Source: Promethearchaeota archaeon (GTDB taxonomy: Archaea; Asgardarchaeota; Lokiarchaeia; Sigyniarchaeales; SOKP01). From it: a stretch of 64,000 nt of DNA. Positions 30,625 through 43,243 of this stretch are shown here, piece by piece (the first letter of the stretch is position 1; every line of letters starts with the position of its first letter). Where the stretch lies: the NCBI GenBank assembly GCA_048941285.1, contig JBHLNS010000007.1, forward strand, positions 1-64,000, written 5' to 3'. The notes below the pieces were generated by a model, which made no database searches, was not told the origin of the DNA, and saw nothing but the letters and a program-made list of their open reading frames with translations. The position numbers were made by a program, and so were the translations under genes.

Positions 30625-33063
30625 TTAAGCTTCTTGTTCACACTTTCCAATTGCTACAACATAATCATCTTCATAGAGTTTAATTACTCTAACTCCTTTA
30701 GCAGTTCTATGAGTAATTCTTATTGAATCAACGGGGACTCTTATCATTTGTCCTTGTTCTGTTCCAATTAATATGTCCATTTGTTTAGCAATTTTAGTTG
30801 CAATAACTTTATCATCTTTTACTTTATCTAATGAGATATTACGTACCCCTTTGGCACCTCTTCCTGTCTTTCGATACTCTTTTACGTATGTTCTTTGTCC
30901 ATAAGCATTTTGGGTAAGGGTTAGTATTATATCATCGTCAGATACGAGAAGTGTATCAATTACTTCGTCATTTTCTCTTAATTCTGCTCCTTTTACTCCC
31001 ATAGAATTACGTCCTAATTCTCGTAATTCTGATTCATCAAATCTAACTGCATATCCTAATTTTGTGGCGAGAAAAATATCCTGAAGTTCATTTGAAAGCC
31101 TTTTTACACTTATTAATTCATCATTAGGTCTGATTCTTTGCGCTTTTACTCCTGTACTCCTAAATTTTGAGAATAGTCTTAATGGTGTCTTTTTGATAAT
31201 ACCGTTTTTAGTAGTCATGATCAACATTTCATTTGTATTAAAATTATTAATTGGTATCATAGCAGAGATATTTTCCCCAGTTTGTAATGGTATAAAATTA
31301 ACAATTGGTTTCCCTCTAGCAGTTCGCTTTTGTAAGGGAATATCATAACACTTAATGGAATATACCCTCCCTTTAGAAGTAAATATAAGGATTGTATCAT
31401 GAGTGTTACAAACAAATAAATCTGTAATAAAATCTTCTTCACGTACAGTCATACCTTTTTTTCCGCGCCCTCCACGTCTCTGTGCTTGATATTCCGCTAA
31501 TGAAATTCTTTTAATATACTGATTCTTGGTGAAAATTACGATGGTGGTTTCTTTTTTTATCAAATCCTTTTGTTCAATCTCTTTAATTTCATGATGTTCA
31601 ACCATTTTTATTTCTGTTTTTCTCTCATCACCATACTTCTTAATTAATTCTTTTAAATCATTTTTAATGATATTTAAACGAAGTTTCTTCTGTTGTAGAA
31701 TTTTTTTATATTCAATTATACTAGTTTGTAATGATTGTTGTTCATCAATCAATTTTTGCTGTTCTAAATTAGTTAATCTAGACAATGGCATACTCAATAT
31801 TGCTTGGACTTGAACATCACTTAACTCATAAGAGACTTTTAACTTATCTTTTGCTTCATTTGTATCCTTTGAACTTTTAATTAAATTTACTATATTATCA
31901 ATATCATTTAAGGCAATTAATAATCCTTCAACTCTGTGGAGTCTTTCTTCTGCTTTTTTAAGAAGGTATTCAGTTCTTTTAGAGATGATAATTAATCGAT
32001 GTTCAATATATTCATTAATTATCTCTTTTAAATTGAGTATTTTTGGTTGTTTACCTTCGTTAATTAAAACAAGATTAGTAATATTGAATGTGGTTAAAAG
32101 CCTTGTCCTTTTAAATAGGATATTTTTAATTATAACAGGTTGAGCTTTTGTAGATAAATCTAAAACAATACGCATGCCAGTTCGATCAGATTCATCACGT
32201 AAATCTCTAACATCTTTAAGAACTCCATCCTTAATTAGTTTTGCAATGGATTCTATTAAGTCTGTTTTATTAATTAAATAAGGAATTTCAGTAATTATTA
32301 GGCTTGTTTTAGTATCTTTAGTTTCAGTTTCAATTTTTCCGCTAATATTTATTGTACCGTTTCCTGTATGATAGGCATTATAGATACCATTAGTATCTGT
32401 AATGATACCTCCAGTAGGAAAATCAGGACCTTTAATTATTTCCATCAATTCATCTATTGAAATATCAGGTTCATCTATAGTTGCTATTATTGAATTACAA
32501 ACCTCTGTTATATTATGAGGTGCCATTGATGTTGCCATTCCTACAGCAATTCCCTTTGTACCATTTAATAAAATATTTGGAAGTTTAGCTGGCAAAAATA
32601 AGGGTTCAGATGTACTATTATCAAAATTAGGCACAAAATCAACAGTCTCTTTATCAATATCTTCTATTAATTCATTTGAAATTTGTGATAATCTTGCTTC
32701 AGTATATCTGTAGGCAGCAGGAGGATCTCCATCTATAGAACCAAAATTCCCTTGTGGATGGATTAGTGGATATCTTAGGGAAAAATCTTGTCCCATTCTT
32801 ACTAATGAATTGTAGACTGCCATATCGCCATGAGGATGATAATTTCCTAATGTCTCACCTACAATTTTAGCGCATTTAACATGCGAACTTGTATAATACC
32901 AGTTATTTACAGCCATAGCATATATAATTCTTCTATGTACAGGTTTTAATCCATCCCTAACATCTGGGATCGCACGCCCAACGATTGTGGACATCGCATA
33001 GTCAATATAGCTACTTTGCATTTCATCTTTTAATAAAATCTCTTCAATTTGTTCTGAAGTCAA
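30625..33063 (-). CDS. gyrA: DNA gyrase subunit A
   Basis: PDVRDGLKPVHRR, YHPHGD, catalytic AAYRYTE, GPDFPTGG, GyrA-box QRRGGRG, pinwheel repeats. Confidence 0.97.
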   Translation of the reverse strand: MTSEQIEEILLKDEMQSSYIDYAMSTIVGRAIPDVRDGLKPVHRRIIYAMAVNNWYYTSSHVKCAKIVGETLGNYHPHGDMAVYNSLVRMGQDFSLRYPLIHPQGNFGSIDGDPPAAYRYTEARLSQISNELIEDIDKETVDFVPNFDNSTSEPLFLPAKLPNILLNGTKGIAVGMATSMAPHNITEVCNSIIATIDEPDISIDELMEIIKGPDFPTGGIITDTNGIYNAYHTGNGTINISGKIETETKDTKTSLIITEIPYLINKTDLIESIAKLIKDGVLKDVRDLRDESDRTGMRIVLDLSTKAQPVIIKNILFKRTRLLTTFNITNLVLINEGKQPKILNLKEIINEYIEHRLIIISKRTEYLLKKAEERLHRVEGLLIALNDIDNIVNLIKSSKDTNEAKDKLKVSYELSDVQVQAILSMPLSRLTNLEQQKLIDEQQSLQTSIIEYKKILQQKKLRLNIIKNDLKELIKKYGDERKTEIKMVEHHEIKEIEQKDLIKKETTIVIFTKNQYIKRISLAEYQAQRRGGRGKKGMTVREEDFITDLFVCNTHDTILIFTSKGRVYSIKCYDIPLQKRTARGKPIVNFIPLQTGENISAMIPINNFNTNEMLIMTTKNGIIKKTPLRLFSKFRSTGVKAQRIRPNDELISVKRLSNELQDIFLATKLGYAVRFDESELRELGRNSMGVKGAELRENDEVIDTLLVSDDDIILTLTQNAYGQRTYVKEYRKTGRGAKGVRNISLDKVKDDKVIATKIAKQMDILIGTEQGQMIRVPVDSIRITHRTAKGVRVIKLYEDDYVVAIGKCEQEA

Positions 33064-33109
33064 TTATAACACTTTTTTTTATAAATTAGTTTAATTTAAT
33101 AAATGAAAA

Positions 33110-35175
<2,066 letters not shown>

Positions 35176-35468
35176 TAGAAATCATATTAACAATTTTTGT
35201 AAAGGTAAATTTATCAAATCTAAAGTGAATTTATGTGATAATTTACAAATTTACTAAGTAACTAGTGGTAACACTCATTTTTAAATATATCTGCACTTTT
35301 TCATCATTTTTGCATCATTCAAAAGAGACAATCCTTCTTGAAGAAGATTCATAATAAGGAATAAGTTTATTAAATTAGCAATTTACTTGAAAAGAATAAC
35401 AATTTTTAAAGATTTTGAGTTTATCAGCTCTAATTTTAATCATAATATTTTTATAAAACGCTCGATTT

Positions 35469-36332
35469 TCACTTGTTTTTTCGTAGTTCCTCTGCCATTT
35501 TAATGATTTCTAAAATCTGATCATTCACATCATGAGTTCGGATAATATGAGCTCCATTAAAAATTGCTATAGCTGTTGCAGAAAGAGTTCCATTTAGTCT
35601 ATTTTCAGGATCGGGAATATTTAAGGTAGTTCCAATAAAAGATTTTCTTGAGATTGCGACTAAAATCGGTTTATTCAGTTTTTTAAGTTTTTGTAGATTT
35701 CCTATTATTTTTAAATCATGTAAATGAGTTTTTTCTTCAATCCAATGACCTATTCCTGGATCTAAAATAATTTTATCTTCACTGTAGCCTTTATTTTTTA
35801 ATATCTTTATTGTATTCTCAAACTCATCAATAATCTCTTCTAGAGTACACAAATCTCCTGGAATTTTTTTTGAAGCCATAATAATAATTGGCAAATCATT
35901 ATTAATTATGAAATCTATTAGGGTAGGATCTGTTTTTAAACAACTAACATCATTTATTATAATTTTCTTCTTCAAATTAGAAGCAATATTGAAAGCTTTT
36001 TCAGCTACTTCACGATATTGGGTATCAACAGATATTATTATGTTAGCGGGAATGATTTCACATATTATTTCAATAGCTTTTTTCATACGCTTTATTTCCT
36101 CTTCTATAGTTATTCTTTCAGACCATGGAGCGGTTGAACGGCCTCCGATATCTAGTATGTGAACTCCTCTTTTTACCATTTCTAAAGTAGCTTTTCTAAT
36201 CTTTTCAGATTCAGTATAAACCGAGCCTTTATAGAATGATTCAGGACTTAAATTTATAACACCCATTATCACAGTAGGAAAATCATCACCAATTTCAAGA
36301 AAATCATATAATTTAGTATATATTTTCTTCAT
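35469..36332 (-). CDS. folP: Dihydropteroate synthase
   Basis: IMGVINLSPESF, LDIGGRST, ISVDT, IINDVS, IILDPGIG, SRKSFIG, IIRTHDV. Confidence 0.93.
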   Translation of the reverse strand: MKKIYTKLYDFLEIGDDFPTVIMGVINLSPESFYKGSVYTESEKIRKATLEMVKRGVHILDIGGRSTAPWSERITIEEEIKRMKKAIEIICEIIPANIIISVDTQYREVAEKAFNIASNLKKKIIINDVSCLKTDPTLIDFIINNDLPIIIMASKKIPGDLCTLEEIIDEFENTIKILKNKGYSEDKIILDPGIGHWIEEKTHLHDLKIIGNLQKLKKLNKPILVAISRKSFIGTTLNIPDPENRLNGTLSATAIAIFNGAHIIRTHDVNDQILEIIKMAEELRKNK

Positions 36333-36346
36333 AGCTTCTCAATAAA

Positions 36347-37174
36347 ATGAAAAAAATATATCAAATAAGTATTATTCTATCATGTGCTATGGAGTTATTT
36401 TCGATAAGACTTCCTCTCATTAAAAAACATGACCCTTTATTGGATATTATTATTAAAACCATCAAGGATCAAGGAAAGTCTTTAAGAGAAGGAGATATCA
36501 TTGTTATTGCAGAGAAGGTGGTTGCAACATCTCAAGGAAGAGTTATAAAATTATCTGAAGTAAAGAAGGTTTCACAAGAAGCCAAAAAGTTAGCAAAAGA
36601 TTATGATATGGATGAGAGATATGTAGAATTAATATTACAGGAAGCATCGATGATTCTGGGAGGAATGAGACATGTTATATTGGCAAAGGTCAATGATTTT
36701 CTTATTGCTAATGCAGGAATCGATCAATCTAATGCTGGTATTGGAAGCGTAGTTCTCCTACCGAATAAACTAAAGGAGGTTGTTTGGGATTATTGGAAAG
36801 AATTAAGAGCAGAGTTTGGAATAAAAAATTTTGGAATAATTATTGCTGATTCAAGAGTCCAACCTCTAAGAAAAGGTACTATTGGAATTGCAATAGCTAC
36901 TGCGGGATTTGAACCCATCGAAGATCTTCGAGGTCAACCAGATCTTTTTAAAAGACCAATGGAAATAACAATGAGAGCTGTAGCAGATGATCTTGCGAGT
37001 GCTGCTCAATTTCTATTAAGCGAAGCTGATCAACAGACTCCAGTGGTAATCATAAGAGGGAGTAATGTGGAATTTACTGAAAACCCGAATACAACGCCAG
37101 AAATGGCTCCAGAAGAATGTCTCTATATGAATATCTTCTCTAAATATCTTCTTAAAAAACAAGAAGAAGATTAA
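36347..37174 (+). CDS. cofE: CofE-family gamma-glutamyl ligase (start possibly ATG 36389)
   Basis: GDIIVIAEKVVATSQGR, ANAGIDQSN, IIADSRVQPLRKGTIG, DDLASAA, PVVIIRG. Confidence 0.85.
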   Translation: MKKIYQISIILSCAMELFSIRLPLIKKHDPLLDIIIKTIKDQGKSLREGDIIVIAEKVVATSQGRVIKLSEVKKVSQEAKKLAKDYDMDERYVELILQEASMILGGMRHVILAKVNDFLIANAGIDQSNAGIGSVVLLPNKLKEVVWDYWKELRAEFGIKNFGIIIADSRVQPLRKGTIGIAIATAGFEPIEDLRGQPDLFKRPMEITMRAVADDLASAAQFLLSEADQQTPVVIIRGSNVEFTENPNTTPEMAPEECLYMNIFSKYLLKKQEED

Positions 37175-37310
37175 TCTTTAGGAATTTCTTATAACTCGCT
37201 TCTTCGAAATATAAAATCATATTTTATTATAAAATAATTCAGTCAAATTTTTTAGATTTCGATAATTAACTATGACATACTATATTGTAAATTAATCATT
37301 TAATTCGAAA

Positions 37311-38612
37311 ATGAAAGAATCGAAATATACTACAATCGAAGAGGCTATCCAGAAGGAATTAAGTAGTGTTAATTTAAGAGGTTGGGTATATAGAGAAAGA
37401 AAATCAAACAAATTTGTTTTCATTGTTCTACGAGATGAATCAGACATTATACAGTGTGTTATATCTAAGGAGAAGAATCCAGAAGTTTTTGATAAAGCAG
37501 AGAACTTAACAATTGAATCTTCTATTAAAGTTTCAGGAGTATTAAAAAAAGATGAAAGAGCTCCTACTGGTTATGAAGTTTCTGTATCTGATTTAGAAAT
37601 TGTTCAAATTGCAGAACCTTTTCCTATTACAGAACATCAATCTCCTGAACTTCTATACGATAATAGACATCTCTGGATTAGATCAAGACAGCTAAATGCC
37701 ATATTAAAGATTCGTCATACAGTTGTAGGAGCAATTCATGAATTCTTTAGAAGTCATGGTTATTATGAATTTGACGCTCCAATATTTCAACCTAGTCAAT
37801 CTGAAGGGGGTGCAACTCTATTTGAAGTCAAATATTTTGATGATATAACATATCTCTCCCAAACTTGGCAATTATATGCAGAAGCGGGTATTTTCTCATT
37901 GGGAAAAATCTATAATATGGGGCCAACATTTCGAGCAGAAAAATCAAAAACATCAAGACATTTATCAGAATTTTGGATGGCAGAAATGGAAGCTGCATGG
38001 ATGCAGCTTGACGAAGTTACTGAAGTTGCTAAAGATGAAATTAGATTTATTGTTAAGCAAGTCTTGAAACACAATCGAAAAGAACTAGAAATTTTAGAGA
38101 GAGATATTAGTTTGTTAGAACATTATGCAGAAGCAGAATATCCTACAATAAAGTATTCCGAAGCTTTAGAAATACTCAATACCAAATATAAAATGAATGT
38201 TCCTTGGGGTAAGGATTTAAGAACTCTTGAAGAAGCAAAAATTGCAGATCATTTTAATGTTCCAGTTGTTGTTACACATTATCCAACTGAAATTATGGGA
38301 TTTTATAAACCCCCTAGTGAAGAAAATCCAAAAGAAGCATTATGTTTTGATATGTTAGCACCTGAAGGGTATTGTGAAATTGTTGGTGGATCAGAAAGAA
38401 GCTTACTGGTTGAAAATATGATAAAAAGATTAGAAAAGGATGGAGAAGATCCAAAAAACTATGATTGGTATTTTCAATTAAGACGTTATGGGAGTGTTCC
38501 TCATTCAGGTTATGGAGTAGGTGTTGAGAGAGTTATTATGTGGTTATGTGGTATAGACAATATTAAAGATGCCATTCCATTCCCTAGGACTATGCTAAGA
38601 AAAGCCCCTTAA
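37311..38612 (+). CDS. asnS: Asparagine--tRNA ligase
   Basis: OB fold LRGWVYR; YLSQTWQLYAEA; FRAEKSKTSRHLSEFWMAE; LRRYGSVPHSGYGVGVER. Confidence 0.9.
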   Translation: MKESKYTTIEEAIQKELSSVNLRGWVYRERKSNKFVFIVLRDESDIIQCVISKEKNPEVFDKAENLTIESSIKVSGVLKKDERAPTGYEVSVSDLEIVQIAEPFPITEHQSPELLYDNRHLWIRSRQLNAILKIRHTVVGAIHEFFRSHGYYEFDAPIFQPSQSEGGATLFEVKYFDDITYLSQTWQLYAEAGIFSLGKIYNMGPTFRAEKSKTSRHLSEFWMAEMEAAWMQLDEVTEVAKDEIRFIVKQVLKHNRKELEILERDISLLEHYAEAEYPTIKYSEALEILNTKYKMNVPWGKDLRTLEEAKIADHFNVPVVVTHYPTEIMGFYKPPSEENPKEALCFDMLAPEGYCEIVGGSERSLLVENMIKRLEKDGEDPKNYDWYFQLRRYGSVPHSGYGVGVERVIMWLCGIDNIKDAIPFPRTMLRKAP

Positions 38613-38765
38613 AAAAAAGATTAATAATTTTAAGGTTTTTATTCTTAATATTTCGATAAGGACATTATAGTTTTAGTGAAATTTTTTAGAGGTCAAGCTT
38701 TTAATTGATTTAAGAAATTAACAATGATTTTCCTTGAATAAATTCAAATTTTTGTCTCAGTTCTC

Positions 38766-40247
38766 ATGAAAGTTTATGAATTTATGGCACACGAATTAAT
38801 TGAAAAGATTAGAAATAAAGAATTTTCAATTTTAGAATTAATTGAAGCATGTTTTGAGAGGATAGGTGAAACTGAGCATACTTTACATTCATTTGTTAAT
38901 TTAGCTAAAGAAAAAGCTTTAAACAAAGCAAAATCACTTGATAAAGATTTAAAAGAAAACAAGAGAATAGGTCGACTTTATGGTCTCCCATTAGCAAATA
39001 AAGACTTAATTTGTGTTAAAAATTTTCCAACAACTTGTTGCTCAAAAATTCTAAACAATTATCGCCCTCCATATAATGCATTTGCAATTAAGCGCTTAGT
39101 TGAACAAGAAGGAGCAATTCATATAGGAAATACTAATATGGATGAATTTGCAATGGGCAGTTCTACAGAGAATAGCTGCTATGGTCCTACTTATAATCCA
39201 TGGGATATCTCAAGAGTTCCTGGAGGATCAAGTGGTGGTTCTGCAGCAAGTATCGCATCAGGGCAAGCAATTTTATCTTTGGGAAGTGACACTGGGGGGA
39301 GTATTCGATGTCCTGCTGCTTTTTGCGGGATTGTTGGATTAAAACCAACTTACGGCAGAGTCTCTAGATATGGGTTAGTTGCTTTTGCAAATTCATTAGA
39401 TCAGATCGGGCCAATTACTAAATGTGTTTTTGATTCAGCATTAATGCTTGAAATTATATCAGGTAAAGATCCTCTTGATTCAACCTCGATTGATATTGAA
39501 GTTGATAAATATACAGAAGAATTAAAGAATCCAATTGACAAGAAGGTTTTAGGAGTGCCAAAAGAATTTTTTGGTGAGGGTCTTGATAATGAGGTGCGTA
39601 GTACCATAAAAAGAGCTATTGATAAATTAGAGAGTTTAGGAGCAAAAATAATAGATATCTCAATTCCACATCTTGAATATAGTGTAGCTACATATTATTT
39701 GTTATGTATGAGTGAGGCTAGTTCAAATTTAGCGAGATATGATGGTTTAAGATATGGTAATATGAGTGATGATCTTTCTGGTGATGTATATGACGTTTTT
39801 AGTAGGACTAGGAGTGAACAATTTGGTCCAGAAGTACGTAGAAGAATTATTTTGGGTACTTATGCCTTATCAGCAGGGTATTATGATATGTTCTATATAA
39901 AAGCTCTTAAAGTTCGTTCATTAATAAAAAATGATTTTGTTGAGGCTTTTAAAAAATGTGATTCCATTGTTTGTCCTACAATGCCTTCGACAGCTTTTCA
40001 GATTGGTGAATTTATTGATGATCCTTTACAGATGTATATAGCAGACATCTTAACCTGCCCTGTTAACCTAGCTGGCCTCCCAGCATTGTCAATACCATGT
40101 GGATTTGATAGTAATGATTTACCTATTGGATTTCAAATTATAGGCGATTATTTTGATGAGAAGGGAATTCTTAATATTGGATACCAATTAGAAAAAGATC
40201 TAAACATTTATCGTAAGATTGCTCCAGTTACTAAAGGTGGTAAATGA
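38766..40247 (+). CDS. gatA: Asp/Glu-tRNA amidotransferase subunit A
   Basis: NMDEFAMGSSTE, PGGSSGGSAA, GSDTGGSIR, SSNLARYDG, EVRRRIILGTY. Confidence 0.96.
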   Translation: MKVYEFMAHELIEKIRNKEFSILELIEACFERIGETEHTLHSFVNLAKEKALNKAKSLDKDLKENKRIGRLYGLPLANKDLICVKNFPTTCCSKILNNYRPPYNAFAIKRLVEQEGAIHIGNTNMDEFAMGSSTENSCYGPTYNPWDISRVPGGSSGGSAASIASGQAILSLGSDTGGSIRCPAAFCGIVGLKPTYGRVSRYGLVAFANSLDQIGPITKCVFDSALMLEIISGKDPLDSTSIDIEVDKYTEELKNPIDKKVLGVPKEFFGEGLDNEVRSTIKRAIDKLESLGAKIIDISIPHLEYSVATYYLLCMSEASSNLARYDGLRYGNMSDDLSGDVYDVFSRTRSEQFGPEVRRRIILGTYALSAGYYDMFYIKALKVRSLIKNDFVEAFKKCDSIVCPTMPSTAFQIGEFIDDPLQMYIADILTCPVNLAGLPALSIPCGFDSNDLPIGFQIIGDYFDEKGILNIGYQLEKDLNIYRKIAPVTKGGK

Positions 40248-40248
40248 T

Positions 40249-41718
40249 TTGAGCAGTGAAAATAATAATGTAATTATTGGATTAGAAGTACATATTCAAT
40301 TATCCAATCTCAAAACTAAACTTTTTTGTAGCTGTAGTAATGATTATCGAGGAGCAGAGCCAAATACTCATGTATGTCCCATCTGTATTGGATTACCTGG
40401 TACACTTCCTGTAATTAATGAAAAAGCAATTGAATTTGCTACCAGATTAGCAATAGCACTAAATTGTGATATCAACAATAATTTTTGGTTCTTTAGAAAG
40501 AATTATTTTTATCCTGATATGTCTAAGAACTTTCAGATTAGCCAATATAATAAATCTGGTGGAAGAGCTTTTGCAGATAATGGGAAAATTACTATCAAAT
40601 TAAATTCTCATAAGAAAAATATAATTCTTAATCGAATTCATTTAGAAGAAGATCCGGCTAGATTAGTTCACAAAGGAAGTATAGCAACTTCACCTTACAC
40701 ACTTGTTGATTATAATAGATCAGGTGTTTGCCTAATAGAAATTGTAACTGAACCTGTAATTAGCTCACCGGAAGAAGCTCGAGAATTTTTAAAACAATTA
40801 AAATCAATTGTACAATATTCTGGAATTTCAAATCTTGATCTTGAAGGTTCAGTTAGAGTAGATGCAAATATATCAATAAAAGGTCATGATCGGAGTGAAG
40901 TTAAAAATATTAATAGTTTTAAAGAAGTTGAACGAGCTTTAAGACATGAAATTGTTAGACAAAAAAATTTACTAAAAAGAGGAAGAGAATTAATACAAGA
41001 AACAAGACATTGGGATGATAAAAGGAGAATCACAATTTCCATGAGAACTAAAGAATTCGAAGCAGATTACCGTTATTTTCCGGAACAAGATTTAGTTCCA
41101 ATACAAATTGATGATAAATATGTAAAGAAGGTAGAGGATGAATTACCTGAGATGCCAAATGAGAGATCTTTGAGACTTCGAAGAGATTACAATTTATCTG
41201 AATTTGATTCTGATAATTTAGTATTAGACAAGGATATTGCTGATTTTTATGAAGATGGTGTAAACTCTGAGGCTTCGTTCGGTCCTGAGGAATATAAACA
41301 ATTTTGTAATTGGCTAATGAATGATATTTTAAGATGGTTAAATGAACATGACAAATCTCTAAAAGATACAAAACTTCACCCCCATCAAATAGTTGAATTA
41401 ATAAACAATGTCACTGAGGGCAAAATAACAACCAAAATTGCTAAAAGTATTATCAATGATATGATGAAGGGACATTCAATTCAAGTAATTCTTGAAATGA
41501 GAGGTAAAAAAAGAATTTCAGAAGATAAGCTTTTAATAAATATTAGTAAAGAAGTTATTGAAGAGAATCCTAAAATTGTAATAGATTGTCGAGAAAACCC
41601 AAAGGCAATAGAAGCGTTAATAGGACGAGTTATGGGTAAGACTAGAGGACAAGCTGATCCTCATATAACTCGAAAAATAATAATTGAAAATTTGAAGAAA
41701 AAAGGAATAATAAAATAG
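40249..41718 (+). CDS. gatB: Asp/Glu-tRNA amidotransferase subunit B (start probably TTG 40249 after GGTGG)
   Basis: IGLEVHIQL, PGTLP, RKNYFYPD, HLEED, DYNRSG, DANIS, EVKNINS, DYRYFPE. Confidence 0.95.
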   Translation: MSSENNNVIIGLEVHIQLSNLKTKLFCSCSNDYRGAEPNTHVCPICIGLPGTLPVINEKAIEFATRLAIALNCDINNNFWFFRKNYFYPDMSKNFQISQYNKSGGRAFADNGKITIKLNSHKKNIILNRIHLEEDPARLVHKGSIATSPYTLVDYNRSGVCLIEIVTEPVISSPEEAREFLKQLKSIVQYSGISNLDLEGSVRVDANISIKGHDRSEVKNINSFKEVERALRHEIVRQKNLLKRGRELIQETRHWDDKRRITISMRTKEFEADYRYFPEQDLVPIQIDDKYVKKVEDELPEMPNERSLRLRRDYNLSEFDSDNLVLDKDIADFYEDGVNSEASFGPEEYKQFCNWLMNDILRWLNEHDKSLKDTKLHPHQIVELINNVTEGKITTKIAKSIINDMMKGHSIQVILEMRGKKRISEDKLLINISKEVIEENPKIVIDCRENPKAIEALIGRVMGKTRGQADPHITRKIIIENLKKKGIIK

Positions 41719-41741
41719 CTAAAAATAATATTTAATTTTAT

Positions 41742-42647
41742 TTAGTGTGAAACTATCTTCTCTTCTATAAATCCACTATACTTTAAACCATTAATCATCA
41801 TATTTATAAAAATTTCAAATGCCTTCTCGGTCCAAAACTTAGAGTTAGGAGTTATAGTTTGGTAGTATTTACTTGTTATATACTCAATTGAAGGATTTTC
41901 ATTATACCATTCAATAAGGGAATTCTTAACTTTAAAATATGAATCTTCCATTTCATTCAAAATTTGAGTAAAATGTGCATCTTTCCATATACCAAAATGA
42001 GCTAGGGATATTGAATCTATTTTATCCTCCAAATTTCTTAATTTATTAAAAGTTTTTAGAAGCTCTTCTTCGTTAAATTCAGGAGGCATGAGAGGGACAA
42101 AAAAAGCATTCTCGTCTAATCTCATAATTATAGCATCCCCTACAAATAAATTTCTATTTTTTTTATCAAATAAAGCTATAGAATCCATCGTATGTCCATA
42201 AAAGTTCATTACTTCTAATTCCAATCCATTTATATCAATGATATCACCTTCCTTTAACGGAGTTACTTCTTGTTCAAACGGATATAGATCACCCATACCT
42301 TCATATCCTTTCATCATTCTTTCTGGATTTCGCAAATTATCTACAGCATTTTCTGCCGCTAACACCTCAACTTCACTCTCTTTCATCGAATTTATTATCT
42401 TAGATAAACCTTGAGCGTGATCCCAATGGGAATGAGATAAAATAATTTTATCAATAGGATATACCCCAAGATCTTTGATTTTTTTTATGATTTTGCGAGA
42501 TTTTAATGTTTCTCCAACATCAATCATCAGACGCATTCCGCCATGTTCAATAATATAAATTGAAAGAAATTTTTGCGTTCCCATTGTCATTCCATCTATA
42601 AGATAATAATTATCATTAATTTTGCCTTCGGAATTTATAATTGTCAT
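41742..42647 (-). CDS. MBL-fold metallo-hydrolase
   Basis: SHSHWDHAQG, GHT, FVGDA, AHFG. Confidence 0.9.
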   Translation of the reverse strand: MTIINSEGKINDNYYLIDGMTMGTQKFLSIYIIEHGGMRLMIDVGETLKSRKIIKKIKDLGVYPIDKIILSHSHWDHAQGLSKIINSMKESEVEVLAAENAVDNLRNPERMMKGYEGMGDLYPFEQEVTPLKEGDIIDINGLELEVMNFYGHTMDSIALFDKKNRNLFVGDAIIMRLDENAFFVPLMPPEFNEEELLKTFNKLRNLEDKIDSISLAHFGIWKDAHFTQILNEMEDSYFKVKNSLIEWYNENPSIEYITSKYYQTITPNSKFWTEKAFEIFINMMINGLKYSGFIEEKIVSH

Positions 42648-42772
42648 TCAAATCACCTTACAATTTTTTTATAAGATAAGTATTTTGATTATGATTTAAA
42701 TCTTAGGTAAGGCATCTAGAGCTGAAAAAAAGCCCCCTAAAATTTAGTATTTTAAAAAAAATAATAAAAAAA

Positions 42773-43135
42773 TTAAATCAATGATGAGAGTGCTGAACTA
42801 GCAGCATCTAATTTTAAATTTATTATACCTAATTTTGCTTCACGGGTAGTTATTATAGTTAATATATTGCCCTTAATTTCACTAAATAGGATTTTCCCTT
42901 TTTCAGATTCAATAATTGCACTAAAAAATTGACCTTGTTCCAATTCTTTTGTTGCTCTCTGGCTAGCTTTCAAAACTAGAGTAACCATCGCGGCTACTGC
43001 CTCAGGATCTACCCATCCTGGCAAAGCACTTCCTTTTATTAGCCCAAATTTCTCAATTATGGCAGCTCCGTGAACTCCCTTTATTGCTTTCAAGCTATTA
43101 AGAATTTCAGTGATTCTTTCACTCATATAACTCAA
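42773..43135 (-). CDS. Roadblock/LC7 domain protein
   Basis: GVHGAAIIEKFGLI...VAAM...IIESEKGKI...AKLGII. Confidence 0.88.
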   Translation of the reverse strand: MSYMSERITEILNSLKAIKGVHGAAIIEKFGLIKGSALPGWVDPEAVAAMVTLVLKASQRATKELEQGQFFSAIIESEKGKILFSEIKGNILTIITTREAKLGIINLKLDAASSALSSLI

Positions 43136-43243
43136 ACTATATTTATTTAATGAGAAAATTATTTCTTTATTTATTATGTAAGATTTAATTATATTTAAGT
43201 ATAAGAATCTTGCTTAAAAAAGCTATTTTTTCTTAACTTATCA

